Assembly (NCBI GenBank): GCA_013265495.1
Contig: MU058252.1
Span: forward strand, 1,646,244 to 1,710,243
Reading direction: 5' to 3'
Origin: Vicugna vicugna
Taxonomy: Eukaryota
DNA length: 64,000 nt
Shown here: positions 11,611-23,810 of the stretch, piece after piece
Position numbering within the stretch: position 1 is the stretch's first letter
Layout: the number at the start of each line of letters is the position of its first letter
Notes under the pieces: generated by a model
Database searches by the model: none
The model's input: the letters and a program-made list of their open reading frames with translations, nothing else
Told to the model about the DNA's origin: nothing
Program-made: the position numbers and the translations under genes

Positions 11611-13028
11611 CAGAGAGGCGAGGCGGCTCTCCTCTCGTCACCCTTCTGGTCACGGGAGGATACCCTCTTCGTGGGCTCACCTCCTAAAGCTCCCTTTCCA
11701 CCCAGCAGCCAAGCGCCCCAGGGCAGGCAGGGCCCTCGCTGGGGGCAAAGGCACAGAGAGGGCAGCAGGGCAGATTTTATCCACGAACTAGCAGAAGGAA
11801 GAAGGCAGGAACTGGCCTGATGATGCTGTTGAAGAGGAAATATCTGATCTGTTCAGGAGAAAACATCGTTGGGAACATTAATACTCTCCATTCTGACCTC
11901 GAGCTTCTGTTTTGAATGCCCACCTCCCATCTAATGAAGAAGTGTGCCTCTCCCGCTGGGATTGGACCGTGTGACCTGGCCCTGCCAGGCTTGGTCAGAG
12001 ATGTGCCCTGGGTCCAAGACATGCTCAAAGAGCCCTTCCTCTGGAATTTGCAGGTGGGCTCACACATACAGATATGCCATGTGGAACTCAAATGCTGAGG
12101 GCGCTTTTCGGATGACAGATATGCCGACCAAATATTCAGGTTTAATCCCCCAGATGGTTAAAGGTGACATTGAATTCCAGGGGAGCGTCTTCCAGTGTCC
12201 GAGGCTGGGATTCCCACTCTGAGACGAGAGTTCCGAGCGTGAGTGGGGCAGGGAGAGCTGTCAGCCCTCCCACACCCGCAGGGCTGCTAGCCGGCAGGGG
12301 CTGTGCGGGTTTGGGGGCAACTCAGCTGTGGAGCGATTCCCCCTCAATGCATGTGTGCCTGGAGGTGGCCTGGGTGTGCCCGGTGCAACTGCGGGGCCCA
12401 GATGTCTAACTCCCGTCCACCTGCTATGATGTGAGACCCCCAGGGAGTGGGATTCTTCAGCCCCCAGACACACTGGCGTGGCTGTGACAGCAGCCACCAC
12501 TTCCCCTGGTTCGCAGGGAAGACGTGGGGGCAGGACTGTGTTGCATTTTGTGGAAGAGGATACACTGACGTTGAATACGGTGCTGCTTTAAGGGGTTTTA
12601 GAGGGTCATTTGGCGGTTGGTGAGTTTTACATTCTGTGCTCATTTTGGAAGCCGACTGTGCTATCTCTTCTGTTGTTCAAGCCCTGATCCCCTCCCTCTT
12701 GAGTCTAGCAGACACGCACTTTTGGCTAAAGATGTCTCATCTCTCCACTGTCCACGTCTCTGTGCAGGCAGACTCGAGGTTCTGCAGGGCTGGGTCTGGG
12801 GGCAGGGTAGCCAGGCAGGGCGAGGAGGCCACGTGAGAGGCTGGACCAGCTCTCTCCAGCCTGTCTAGATGCCTAGGTCCACACATTGGGAGGGGAGGAG
12901 CCACCACGCACCCCCAGGGAAAGGAGAAAAGGGTGGAATTGAATGTTTTCCTGAGAGCAGATTCTGCTAGAAGAAGGTGGGCAGGGAGACCACGAGGCCA
13001 CTGAACATCCGTGGAGAAGCAAGGTGGG

Positions 13029-13522
13029 TGCTAGGGCTGGAATGTTTGTGTCCCCCCAAATTTGTATGTTGCTTTGTTTTGTTTTGTGGGGGGCGGTAAT
13101 AGGTTTATTTATTTATTTTTTTAATGGCGGGACTGAGGACTGAACCGGGACCTCATGCATGCTAAGCCCACGCTTTACCACTGAGCTCTGCTACCCTCTA
13201 CAAATTCGTATGTTGAAACCTAACCCCCAAAGTGATGGTATTTGGAGATGGAGCCCTTGGGAGGTGATTAGGTCATTAGGGTGGAGCCCCCATAAATGGG
13301 ATTAGTGCCCCAATAGAAGAGACCCAGCTGAGCAACCTTCCACCACGCAAGGACAATGTGAGATGTCTGCCTGTGAACCAAGAGCCAGGTTCTCACCAGA
13401 TGCCAAAACTGCTGGTGCCTTGATCCTGGACTTCCAGCCCCCAGAAGACGAGGCGTCCATTCCTGTTATTTCTAGCCACCCAGGCTGCAATTCTGTTATC
13501 GCAGCCCGAGAGGACTCCGACA
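13029..13522 (+). mobile_element. MaLR MLT1 solo LTR containing a SINE
   Basis: tgctagggctggaatgtttgtgtcccccc...ccgaca; TSD gtggg/gaggg. Confidence 0.85.
13072..13200 (-). mobile_element. tRNA-Ala-derived SINE (Vic-1-like)
   Basis: tRNA-Ala-like body; TSD caaatttgtatgttg (13057-13071) / caaattcgtatgttg (13201-13215). Confidence 0.9.
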
Positions 13523-15174
13523 GAGGGTGTAGGGAGGGGCGGGACCAGGCAGAGGAAGGGACACCAAAACCGGGGGCTGGAGACACGGGAGGCAGGTGGT
13601 CCTGGCACCGGAGCAGATCCACTGTAGCTCTGTGTGCACAGGGCAGATGCCTCATAACCGTTGCCCGAGTGCCTGAATAATTTCACTGCTTTCAAGCCCT
13701 CCTGGAAAAAGGCCTGTGAAGTGTTAGGAAATGCGCCGAGGAGGGGAGAAGTTGGAGCCTCCAATGGTAAATGCGCCGGGGAGATGAACTGGGAAAGTGG
13801 CTGCTTTCAGGGTGCAGAGTGCTGGAGGAGCACGTTGAAAGATGAGGCATAAACGTGAAATATAGAAGTGGATGTAATTTCAGCAGAACAGGGAGCTTTA
13901 TGAGGAGTTATCGCGCAGAGCCAAAGATCCAGAGACGCGCCGGGGGAAGCCACCCCAGGAAATCTGCAAGAGAGCAGTTTATGCTTTCGAGAGGGTCCAG
14001 GGGAACGGTGGCGTCTCGCCTTCAGGAGGGGAAGTCGGGTGGGCTTAGGCTCCCCAACCAGACCTCGGGCAGTTCCAGGTCAGGGTGGCACCTCTTGAAC
14101 ATTTCTTGTGTTGCCTCTTGTCAGTATCATTCTCCCCCGCGGTCCTCATAATCGATGGTTTTCATACGATCATCATAAATCTGGAATACTGAGGACCAGT
14201 GGACTGGGGTCTCTCTCTTCAGCTGGAAGACTTGCTCCCTGCTTCCTCCTGGGGCTGTGATTCTGAGCAGATGTGTCCGGACTGTATCATCTACTTGCTG
14301 GTCTGAGCAACCAGCCAACTGCCCGGTGGTGAGAACCAAGGGCCGGCAGTCAGAGGAGCCTGGAGACCAAATCACAGCCAGGACCCCGGCCGGGATGCCT
14401 CAGATGCAGGTAAGGGCAGATGGGGCGTGGATGCCGGAGACCAGCTGGTCCTCGTGATGACTGTCACTGGGCTGGGGAGGAAGTGCCCGAGCAGCTCATT
14501 CTCAGTGTGGCTTCAGTCCACCCACCAGCCTGATTTCTTTGTATTTAATGGAAGTAGAACATGTCAGCCAACTCAGAGCCAATGTCTGCATTTAATTTTA
14601 ATAGATTTCCTAGGCCTGGGTTTTCTGGTAAAGTTATTTTACTCTTTCATCTTCATTGAGTAGACTTCGTCCTTTCTCCTGTTTTAATGATTTCCATTGT
14701 GTTTACGTCTTTTGTTAAAAGGCACCTGCAGCGTCGTTCTGGGTGTGAGGATGGCTCAGGAACACTCTGAGCATTCACTCCATCGTTGCCCCAACAGTGC
14801 CTGATTCCCTTTGCTGCCGACTGAGGACCCCTCATCCTTCCCTTGTATCGACGTCCTCCCACTGTCCACAAATCCTTCATCCTGTGTGAAAGTTTCTCCT
14901 GGCAAGGTGAACCCAGGGGACCAGCCCCACTTCTGAGAACCACCCCACCCTCCTCCCCCTGGGCTGCTCCTTGATCCCCAGGCACAGGTGGTTCGGCAGA
15001 GAACTGGGGAGAATCTCTGCCGCTGTTTCTGCCCTTCCTGCGCGTGCGTGTCTGACTGCGTGATAGGCTCCTGGAGGAACATCACCCTCTAGAGAGATGT
15101 AGACATGTACGTTGTTGAGATGCAACTGGGGTGCAGCCAGAAGGAATCCACGCAGTCTGAGTAACAGTGTCCAC

Positions 15175-15990
15175 TTTTAAATTGAGGTGTAGTTGATTTA
15201 CAGTATTAGTTTTAGGTGCATAGCACGGTGATTCAAAATTTGTAGAGATTATACTCCATGTATAGTTATTATAGAACACTGGCCCCACCCCCTGTGCTGA
15301 GCTCAGGGGGTGCTGTGCCTGTGGCTGATTCATTTTGCACAGAGTGGTTTCTCTTAACCCCTCCCCCTATCCTGCCCCTCCCCCACCCTTCTCCCCGCTG
15401 GTAACCATTAGTTTGTTCTCTATATCCGTGAGTCTTTTCTTTTTAACATTTTTTTATTGAGTTATAGTCATTTTACAATGTTGTGTCAATTTCCAGTGCA
15501 GAGCACAGGTTTTCAGTTATGCATGAACATACATACATTCATTGTCATATTTTTTTCGCTGTGAGCTACTGCAAGATCTTATATACATTTCCCTGTGCTG
15601 TACAGTATAATCTTGTTTATCTATTTTGCATATGCCTGTCAGTATCTACAAATTTTGAACTCCCAGTCGGTCCCTTTCCNNNNNNNNNNNNNNNNNNNNN
15701 NNNNNNNNNNNNNNNNNNNNNNNNNNNNNNNNNNNNNNNNNNNNNNNNNNNNNNNNNNNTTTTTTTTTTTTGGTTCCACATATGAGTGATCTCATATGGT
15801 TTTTTTCTTCCTTTTTGTTATAGTCATTAGTTTGTGTTATTGTTTAGATTCCACCCATAAGTGATAACAGACAGTGTTTGTCTTTCTCTGCCCGACTTAA
15901 CTTCACTTAGCACGATACACTCCAGGTCCATCCATGTTGTTGCAAACGGCAACATTTCATTCTTTTTTAATAGCTGAGTAGTATTCCATT
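15175..15990 (-). mobile_element. Older L1 3' end containing a younger L1 3' end (about 15438-15805)
   Basis: ttttaaattgaggtgtagttgattta start; the inner segment matches the young L1 3' UTR at 49942-50300. Confidence 0.85.
15680..15759. other. Assembly gap (80 N)
   Basis: Run of N inside the young L1. Confidence 1.
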
Positions 15991-18399
15991 CCAGTTTTCA
16001 TTTAAACCATCGTATCACCTTTGGTTTACTCAAAACACTAGTGAGATTAGCAAAATATCATGTATTGTCAGCAGATTCCAAGGCTCTGTTTTAATGAATG
16101 AATGAGTCATTAACAATGATTTGTATTTGATTTTGGCTTATCGCAGATTAACTGCTCCTTCTAATATTCAAAAATAGTCTGTTCGATTAAATTAGATAAA
16201 CATGTTAATTATTATATATTTATTGTAATGTAAGTCATATATTAACATAATAAAAGTTAATTATTATAATTAAAACATTCACTAAATATACATCCTGCAA
16301 TTTTGCTCTATTTGTTAGGAAATTTCTTTCTTTATTATGTTATACTTGTAACTTTCAGAAAACTCAAAGCCAAATTTTGTATTTAACTTTGAAATTAATG
16401 TTAGGATTTTTACAGCCCCAATTAAAGGCCGCAGTCATGAATCCTGGTGAGTCGGGTCTGAGAAATGAGAGCTTATTTTTCTAGCTCTGGCCCTGGACAA
16501 GGAGCCCACGGTGGGAAGCTGGGACATTTGACTCCTGGTTCTGTCCTGCCATCACTGTGCAGGGCAGAGTCTCCTTTCCGCGCTGAGCAGGTCTGCTGCC
16601 CGCTAAGCTGGGTCTGTAAGGACAAGTGGAAATGGGACCTTCCAGGAGGCAGAGCCCAAACCCCATGGCGCCCCCCCCGCCAAAGTGGGTCTGGAGGCTT
16701 GCTCTGCCCGAGCGCCTCTGCTCATTTTGGGTGTCGTAACTGTGGCCCACCAAAGGAAACAACACTGGTCGTCTTAATGAAACCCTTATCGCGTTCTCCC
16801 TGGTCTGGTCCGGTGAGCGTGCTGGAGAGGAAAGAGAAGTCGCTGGAGCGGTGTGTGGCTGGAGGCAGAGCCGAGTGCCCACTGGGTACACACGCAGCCC
16901 GAGCGCTCCCACCGGAGCCGCCCGGGGGCCTTTATCTGACGAAGCAGCACACCCACCGCTTCATTCCAAACTGCCTTCTGACCCACAAGAGCCGTGGCTG
17001 CCTTCCCTCCTCTGAAAGGCTCTTCTGTGGTTGAAATGAAATAGAAGCAATTAAACAATAAATATAAATCATTGGCTCTCTGGGAGCTGCTGGGGGTATG
17101 GATTCAAACCCTGGAAGAGAAATCGTCATCCTCTTTGACTTACCTGGGGATTACACTTCACCACTAATGAAAGTTCACCTGGGGGGCACTCCCTTGGATA
17201 TAAAGGGCTCCTGGACCCTGGCAGGTTCCAGAAACCGTCACTTTGCCGAAGAAGAGTGAGGACCTCTTGCAGCTGAAGCTCTCTGGTGCTGCCAGACCTC
17301 GCTCGTCGGAGCTGGAAGCACTTGGGTGTCGTAAGCAAGGCTGTAGGAACTGCACACTGCCATTTTCTCTGGAATTTCAGGAAGGCATGCAATCTAACAA
17401 AACGGACACCGCGGCCGTAAAGCACAGGGAGCTTTTCCTGGCCCACTGTTGCCTGAGGTTGTCCTCAGTGTTGATAGAAAGCCCTCCTGCTGGGAGTTTT
17501 CCCCGTTAACGGTGTTGCAACCGTACGTAAATGGCAGATGCGATGAAGTCAGCTGTCATTTGTGCTGACCGCAGGCTGCCTCCTTATTTGCAGGATAGAT
17601 CGCTTCAAAGAGCCGGGCCGGGGCAGCGTCGCCCTCAGTTTTGTAATATCGGTGATCGTGCCTTAATGGATTTTAATACCATCTGATTTCAATGCAAATG
17701 TTAAAATAAATAATTGCTTTGCTGCGGGCCGAAGTTGAGCAGGCTGAGAATATTTTCCCATTAAGCACATGGATGAGATGGATGTTTGAGGGGAGAAGCT
17801 GGACGTGTTTCAATGATCGCATGTAGAAGAACTCACCGAGAAAATGCTTCTTGTAGCGATTTCCTCTTCTCCAGTCGCGCACGAGGAGGCCATTGTTCAC
17901 CTGACTCGCAGAGCGCCGTCACCTCTCGTTGGCCGGTGTTAAGTGTTTTTGCATTTAATACAGATTCTTAAGCAAAACAGTACTCCTGGGTGTGTTAGCT
18001 AATGAGCAAAGGCCTTGCTTTTTGTGAGGGGTACTTTATGTGCGGCGGCGGGTGTGTGTGTATGTTTCTTCCCCGTACAAGGCCATCTTCTAGGCAAATT
18101 TAATTTTTGTTTTCCAAATGTGTCTTTAACTTGCAGGCTTCCCATCTGCACAGACGTGGGGTGAGGCCCTTGGAGCCCGCTCGGTCGGGGTCCTCCCTCT
18201 GGATGGTGGGGTCACGCCAAACCTCTCCTGAAGGAGGCCGTGGCAGAATCGTGCCCTGGCAAGACTCATGACGGAGATGTGCAGCCATGTTGACTAACCT
18301 GCCTTTGACAAACTGCCTTCAGACAACTGGTTTCTGGGCGGATGTTTCCCTCTTCTTCCCTCCTGGTGGCTCACACTCATGTGCAAGCAGACACCCATG

Positions 18400-18560
18400 A
18401 CCACACACGCACACACACACGCACATACACACATGTGCACACACACATGCACACACACACGCACACACCCCTAAGCCTACCTGCACATGTGCACGTAATC
18501 CGCCGTGCACCCACATCCAAGCCCACACGCAGCGCGTGTGCGCACGGACGCACGCTGGCC
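18400..18560. repeat. Imperfect (CA)n/(CG) microsatellite
   Basis: cacacacgcacacacacacgcacatacac... Confidence 0.9.
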
Positions 18561-19429
18561 TGCTGGCTCCTGACTCACTCCCCTCCCAGCCCTGCGGTCC
18601 AGGCCGTTCCTGAGCACCTCTGTCCCTCTGACTTGGTCTTAGGACTCTCTTGAGCTGCCCCCGGGGAGCTTGCGGGAGGTGTCCTGGCTCTCTGAAGACC
18701 CACCCTGTCCCTGCCCCCAGGAGCAAAGCATGGGTGTCTGACAGTAAAACAGGAATTCCAAATCTGGGCTGGACGAGCCCTGGAGAGCGTGGCTCCGGGG
18801 AGGGGCCTGAGATTGCCGGGTGCATCAGAGGATAGAGGTGACTTGGGCGCGTGCGGGTGTGTGCGCGCGGTGTGTGCACGCTGACGTGTGGCTTCCACGC
18901 CAGCTTTGACTACAGTCATCTCCTCATCTGACATCACCTCTGCTTTCTGCCTTTCATGGTCTTGCTTCCTTCCTTTCAGTTGCAGATCACCCTTCCAAGG
19001 GGTGGAGAAGTGCGGGGTGAGTCGGTACTGGAAGAGAGACTGGAACTGGCCACGAGCAGACGGGGTACTGGGAGGCTCCTGAGTCCACTGGAACTTGAGG
19101 CGGGTCTTGGAAGATCAGGCAAACAGGGGCAGAACATGGAGGGCAGTGGGTGGGGTGTACGATAAATGAAAGTACAGAGAAACATTCATGGGAAAGTGAT
19201 GAGAAGAGGGGAAAAACCAGTTGTTTAAATTCAGAGCAGAATAAAAAATATCGGTAGAAACTGCAGTTGGAGTCTGCCTGGAAGGAAGGGCTCGTATCTT
19301 CTTGGCATTTGCCTGAAGCACTAACAAACCTAGTGCGTGATAGTCTCTCCCTGCTGCTCAGCCCACCGTCGGAAGGAAAAAGGCGATGGGGAAGGAGACC
19401 CGGGAAGGAAAGTCATTGACTCCCGAACC

Positions 19430-19590
19430 CCTTCTCATTAGGCGGCTCTGCCGGCAGCGGGAGCTCAGCAGTCAAGGCCAGCGGGCCGCGCGCGGCGGGC
19501 TAGCACAGAGGTGGGCACGGCGCCGGGCGACACCGCGCCCCCCACCGCCCGCCCGGCTGCCTGACTCCTGCCGGCCTGGAGAGGCAGGGG
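19430..19590. promoter_or_regulatory. Short CpG-dense patch
   Basis: gcgggccgcgcgcggcgggc...cggcgccgggcgacaccgcgcccccaccgcccgcccgg; shorter than a canonical CpG island. Confidence 0.4.
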
Positions 19591-19591
19591 G

Positions 19592-20128
19592 TGCAGAGGC
19601 GGCCCAGACGGCTGCACTCTGGACACTTTCTTCCCGAGCCTTAGCCCCTGACCTCCCTTTCATAGAGCATTTGCCTGGGGACTTGTATTTGTCAGTTCTT
19701 TTGTAATTGTAAATTCTCTCTTCCTGTCTGAGATACAAGTCTTTCCAAAGCCTTTTGCTTGTTTTACAACCCAGGACTGTCTTTCTCAGGGACCTGGAGC
19801 CGCCTCTTTGAAATGTGCGCACCAGGGGAGACAGCATCCCCGTCTTCGGTTTCCATGGCAAGTGGAGCCCTTACCTCCCTGGGCAGCTTGCTCCAGGCTC
19901 CAGGTTGTAGAACTGCCTCCTGTCACGAAGCAATGAGGAGTACACTTTCCTTTTGGGTGAAGGCAATCGGTAAGCAGATGGACTACGATGGCTCTTTGGC
20001 TCCAGCTCTTAAAACCCTTCCTGCCCTTCGTTTCAGCAGAGTTCTGTTCTCGCCCCTCTGTTGCAATAGCCTTGCATAAATTCTTCTTTACCTGTTTGAC
20101 TTGGCCTGGTGCAAGTTTTGTTTTGATG
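19592..20128 (+). mobile_element. ERV1-like solo LTR (MER34/MER39-like)
   Basis: Homologous to 34514-34980 (gcccctgacctccctt, cccagga.tgtc, tttgaaatgt, cttaaaa, tgcaa.ag.cttg.ataaa). Confidence 0.75.
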
Positions 20129-20999
20129 GAGGGGTGGGCCACGCCTCGGGGAAGAGTGCAGCTCACCTCGTTCTGGGGAGCGGAGGGGTGGAGAGTGAGT
20201 CCTCATGTCCTCGTTATTCCTGTGGCTCATTTTCTAAAATAAGAAGGTCGTTGGCGTTATTGCTGCTGCCCTGAAAGTACCAGCCGACTGCAGAATGGAG
20301 GCTGTTCGTATTAATATTTAATCCCAAGAGGTTAACGGCCCCTGCATGGCCCCAGACTGCAGCTGGGATGCAGACGCATTTGGATCTTGCAGCTACATCT
20401 CCATCTCCTGGGAGAATTGTGCTGGCCGTGAGGGCTTCCCCAAGACGTTCCATCAGCCTAGCATTTTGTGTCATTTCGTGTCATTGGATTGCTCCCTTTG
20501 TCCTGGGTAAGGAAGCTTTCAGAGTGAGTCATGGCAGGAATCTGGTTACTGATGTTGGCCAGCCAACCACAGGGCGGAAATTTCACCTAAAAAGAAGAAG
20601 CAGTGACAATTTTGGCTTTGATCTGGAACTGAAGTAAAAGTTTCAACTCAGCAGAGGCACTTAAATGGCTCTCCAACAAAATCATTACATTTTTTTCTCA
20701 GTTTCAATGGTCTTTTGTAGTGTCATATGCACACAGCTGACTTAAAATAAATCTTTCCCCCTCTGTATAGTAGCTTCTTAGCATCTCTTTAAATACATAC
20801 CCTTCTCACTTTAAAATACATTTTCTGCTGGGGCTTGAAATCAGCCTAGGTTTTTTTTTTTTCTTTTCTTTTGTCCTCCTGGTCTAGCTGCATTTCAGGT
20901 GCCATCAGGCACCCTGCTGAGTGGAGTCCCTTCGTCAGTGGGGAGGCAGAAGGTCCCGACAAGACTGCATTGCATCCAAGAACTCAGCACTTTTTCACT

Positions 21000-21530
21000 C
21001 CCTCATTTGTGTGTGTCCTGTGCACAGTTCTGTGCGTTTCTACCCCACATATTCACATAATCTCCACCAAAGTCGATATTCCATCAGTACAAAGGCAATC
21101 GCCTGTGGGGGTCCTCTTTTGTGTACCCCTTCCACCCCTGCCCCCCACACTCCCTGTCCCTGTGCCCTGGCAACCGGTAACGCAGTCTTTGTCTTCATAC
21201 TTTCGTCACCTTGAGAATGTTATGTCAATGGAATCAAACAGATGCGATCTACTGAGACTGGCAGCTTTCACCAAACTCGAGGTCTGTCCAGGCTGCTGTG
21301 TGTATCAGGCCGGCTCCTTTTATTGCTGAGCGGTATTCGATGGTGTGGGTGGTCCAGAGTTTGCCTAACCATTCACCCACTGAAAGACATTCCACTTTTT
21401 CGCTTTTGTTATGAATGAAACTGCTGTGACATTTGTGTGTGAGTGTTTTTGGTGTGTGTGTGAGTGGGATAAATGCCCAGAGGGTGCTTGCTGGGTTGTT
21501 TGGCGAGGGGCGTTTAGTTTCTAAGAGCTG
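21000..21530 (-). mobile_element. Old L1M 3' region
   Basis: ccctggcaaccggtaa, ctccttttattgctgagcggtattc, ccattcacccactgaaagacatt. Confidence 0.75.
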
Positions 21531-21549
21531 TAAGCTACTATGCATTACT

Positions 21550-21702
21550 GCTGTCACTACCACCACCACTACCGTGCCTGCCACCCCTAGTTCCGACGCC
21601 ACCACCACTGTCAGGCTGCCACTACCGCTACCACCAGTACCACTGTCAATATTATCGCCGCCACCACCACCACCGTTGCTCCTTGTACCACCATCATCAC
21701 TC
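21550..21702. repeat. (CAC)n-rich low-complexity tract
   Basis: cactaccaccaccactacc...ccaccaccaccacc; accounts for the Gly/Val/Pro/Thr-rich ORFs here. Confidence 0.85.
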
Positions 21703-22225
21703 CTGGCTTTTATCATGAGTCGAACACTGCTAAACATTGCAGTATCACGTCTGCTCACTGCAGCTCGGTGGTAAATGACCATTTCCTGATACCCAGGACC
21801 CGACTTCCTGTCTTACTCCCTTGACTGGTTTGTTTCACTCCTTGGCTGACAAGTTCATTTCTCCGCCCATCCCTTGCCCCGCCCATCGTCCAGGGCTGAC
21901 AGTACGTCTGCAGCGTGCAGGCTCTGGGTGGGCGCCCGGCGAGCCTCAGTCTGGAGGGCAAGTCCAGCGGGAGGAACAAGGCAGGACACTGACCGCGGAC
22001 CCGACAAGCCGCAGCGCCGCACACGCGAGGGGCTCCGCCCTCCTCCCCGTTGCTGCCTGCCCTGCCCCGGACTCCGGGCTTTTGGGTAAACTGATTCTCT
22101 CAGTGACTGGGCTGTCAGTAAACTTTCGGTTTTCTGAATCCTTATCTACATTCTGTCCTTATCTCTGCCACTGGCTTGTTGACTGAACCATTTCCTAGCT
22201 CTGCATCTAGAGCATAACGTGTTCT

Positions 22226-22357
22226 TTCTTTAGTGAAGTACAGTCAAGTCACAATGTGTCAGTTTCTGGTGCACAGCAGTGTCCCAGTCATGCATGTACA
22301 TACATATATTTGCTTTCATATTCCTTTCCATTAAAGATTGTTACAAGCTATTGAATA
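22226..22357 (-). mobile_element. L1 3' terminus
   Basis: gaagtacagtca.gt.acaatgtgtcagtttctggtg.acagca.tgtcccagtcatgca. Confidence 0.85.
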
Positions 22358-23234
22358 TGCGGAACATTATATGTATTAAAGAGTCTCATTTCTAATGAGT
22401 GACTGCACGCTCCCACCTGGTTGTCATGGACTCTGGACGTTGTATCTGAGGCTTCATTCCTGTCTTCCCTTCTCCCTCCCTGTTCTTGCACTGTATGGGC
22501 CCCCATTCCTGGCCCCTCGGCTCCCCACGTTATCCCCTGAATGGACGCATCTTTAGAACTGTGGTTGTGGATCCCAAGAATAACCAACGCCTGGCCTTGC
22601 GCGGTGCTCCAGAACCCTCATCCTGTCTAGCTTCGCATGGCGCCCGACCTGGACATTGGGAGTCCGGAGACCCCTCTGCCCTGCTCTGAGGTGGCCTGGC
22701 CGAGAAAGAGAATGCTTTTTTGAAGTAGTTAGATGGAAGAAACATCGCTCTCAAGATGCAGCTGTATTTCACAACACAACGACGTTTAGAATGATTTTCT
22801 TGTACGTTTTTGGTTTGTTTTCAGTTGAACAGATTGAAAAATAACGGGGCAAGCGGGGATACTTTTAAGTCTCGTTGCAGGCTGGGGGGAGTTTAATTTA
22901 TCCCTTTGTAATTGAAGATTAGATCCAAAGATTATTTTCAGCTGGAGGCTTTCTTAAGCCGTGTAGAATTCTTGGCAATCAAACATTTTGAGTGCTTTTT
23001 TTCCCCCTTTCTTAAATTTCTTTTTGTTATTTCCTGACTGGATTGAGCCACAAACAGATGGAGTATTTTCTAATGGTCTGGCTGATGCCTGAAAATAATA
23101 TGCCTCTTTTTCTCTTTCTGAGTAATAAGAACAAAATCAAAATGTCTTTTATGAGTGGGATAAGTTAACAGTCAGATCCTTCGGAGTAAATCACCGAAGT
23201 CACTGAGAGCTACCACAGACGGTGCTTAACGCAG

Positions 23235-23450
23235 ACTCTGTGGCTGGACTGTCTGGCTTTGAGTCTCTGCTGCTTAGTAGCTGTGTGACCTTGGGCAGAT
23301 TATTCAGTGTCTCTGTTCTCAGGATTCTTCATCTGTAAGGTGAGGATCATAGTGAGACTTATCTCCTCAGGTTGTTTGAAGATGAAAAAGAATATTTACA
23401 ACTCCCTTAGAACAATGTCCTGAAACATTGTGAACAGAATAATAATTTTT
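23235..23450 (+). mobile_element. MIR SINE
   Basis: tagctgtgtgaccttgggcagattatt...ttcttcatctgtaaggtgaggat. Confidence 0.8.
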
Positions 23451-23569
23451 ATTTTGAGCATGTCATTTCTTTTCTGGGAAGTAGTACAATAACGTGGAGA
23501 AAGTCTAACTGCTGTGGTAAAAACCCTGACCACTGGAGGCGCGTGGGAGAGCAGGTCACTCACTCAGAA

Positions 23570-23810
23570 ATTTGACACTTACTGACAGTAACTGAGCGGC
23601 ACCGAGACCTTCCCGTACGCCGGGCCTTCCCCTGCCTACGCACACCTGCAACCCGTTCCGCCCTCACACCAGCCTGGGGGGAAGGTACGCAGATTACTCT
23701 CATTCAGTAGAGGAGGAGACTGAGGCTCAAAGGATGCAGGTGAATTTCCCAAGGTCACAAACATAGAGACATCAGAGCTGGGATCCGACCTCGATGTGAA
23801 TGACGCCAGA
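23570..23810 (-). mobile_element. MIR SINE
   Basis: agaggaggagactgaggctcaaag...tttcccaaggtcaca...cagagctgggat. Confidence 0.75.

Noticed and set aside
14223..14409. Possible 187-nt exon (ctcttcag ... CAG|gtaagg)
   Set aside because: The splice signals are plausible but no recognisable peptide is encoded; such pairs are expected by chance in 64 kb.
16465..17034. 189-aa ATG-initiated ORF
   Set aside because: Composition reflects GC-rich, stop-poor DNA; overlapping ORFs on the other strand; no known motif.
17138..17146. Strong minus-strand donor CAG|GTAAGT
   Set aside because: No convincing acceptor or coding similarity upstream.
21249..21782. Gly/Val- and Pro/Thr-rich ORFs
   Set aside because: Produced by an L1 remnant plus a (CAC)n low-complexity tract.
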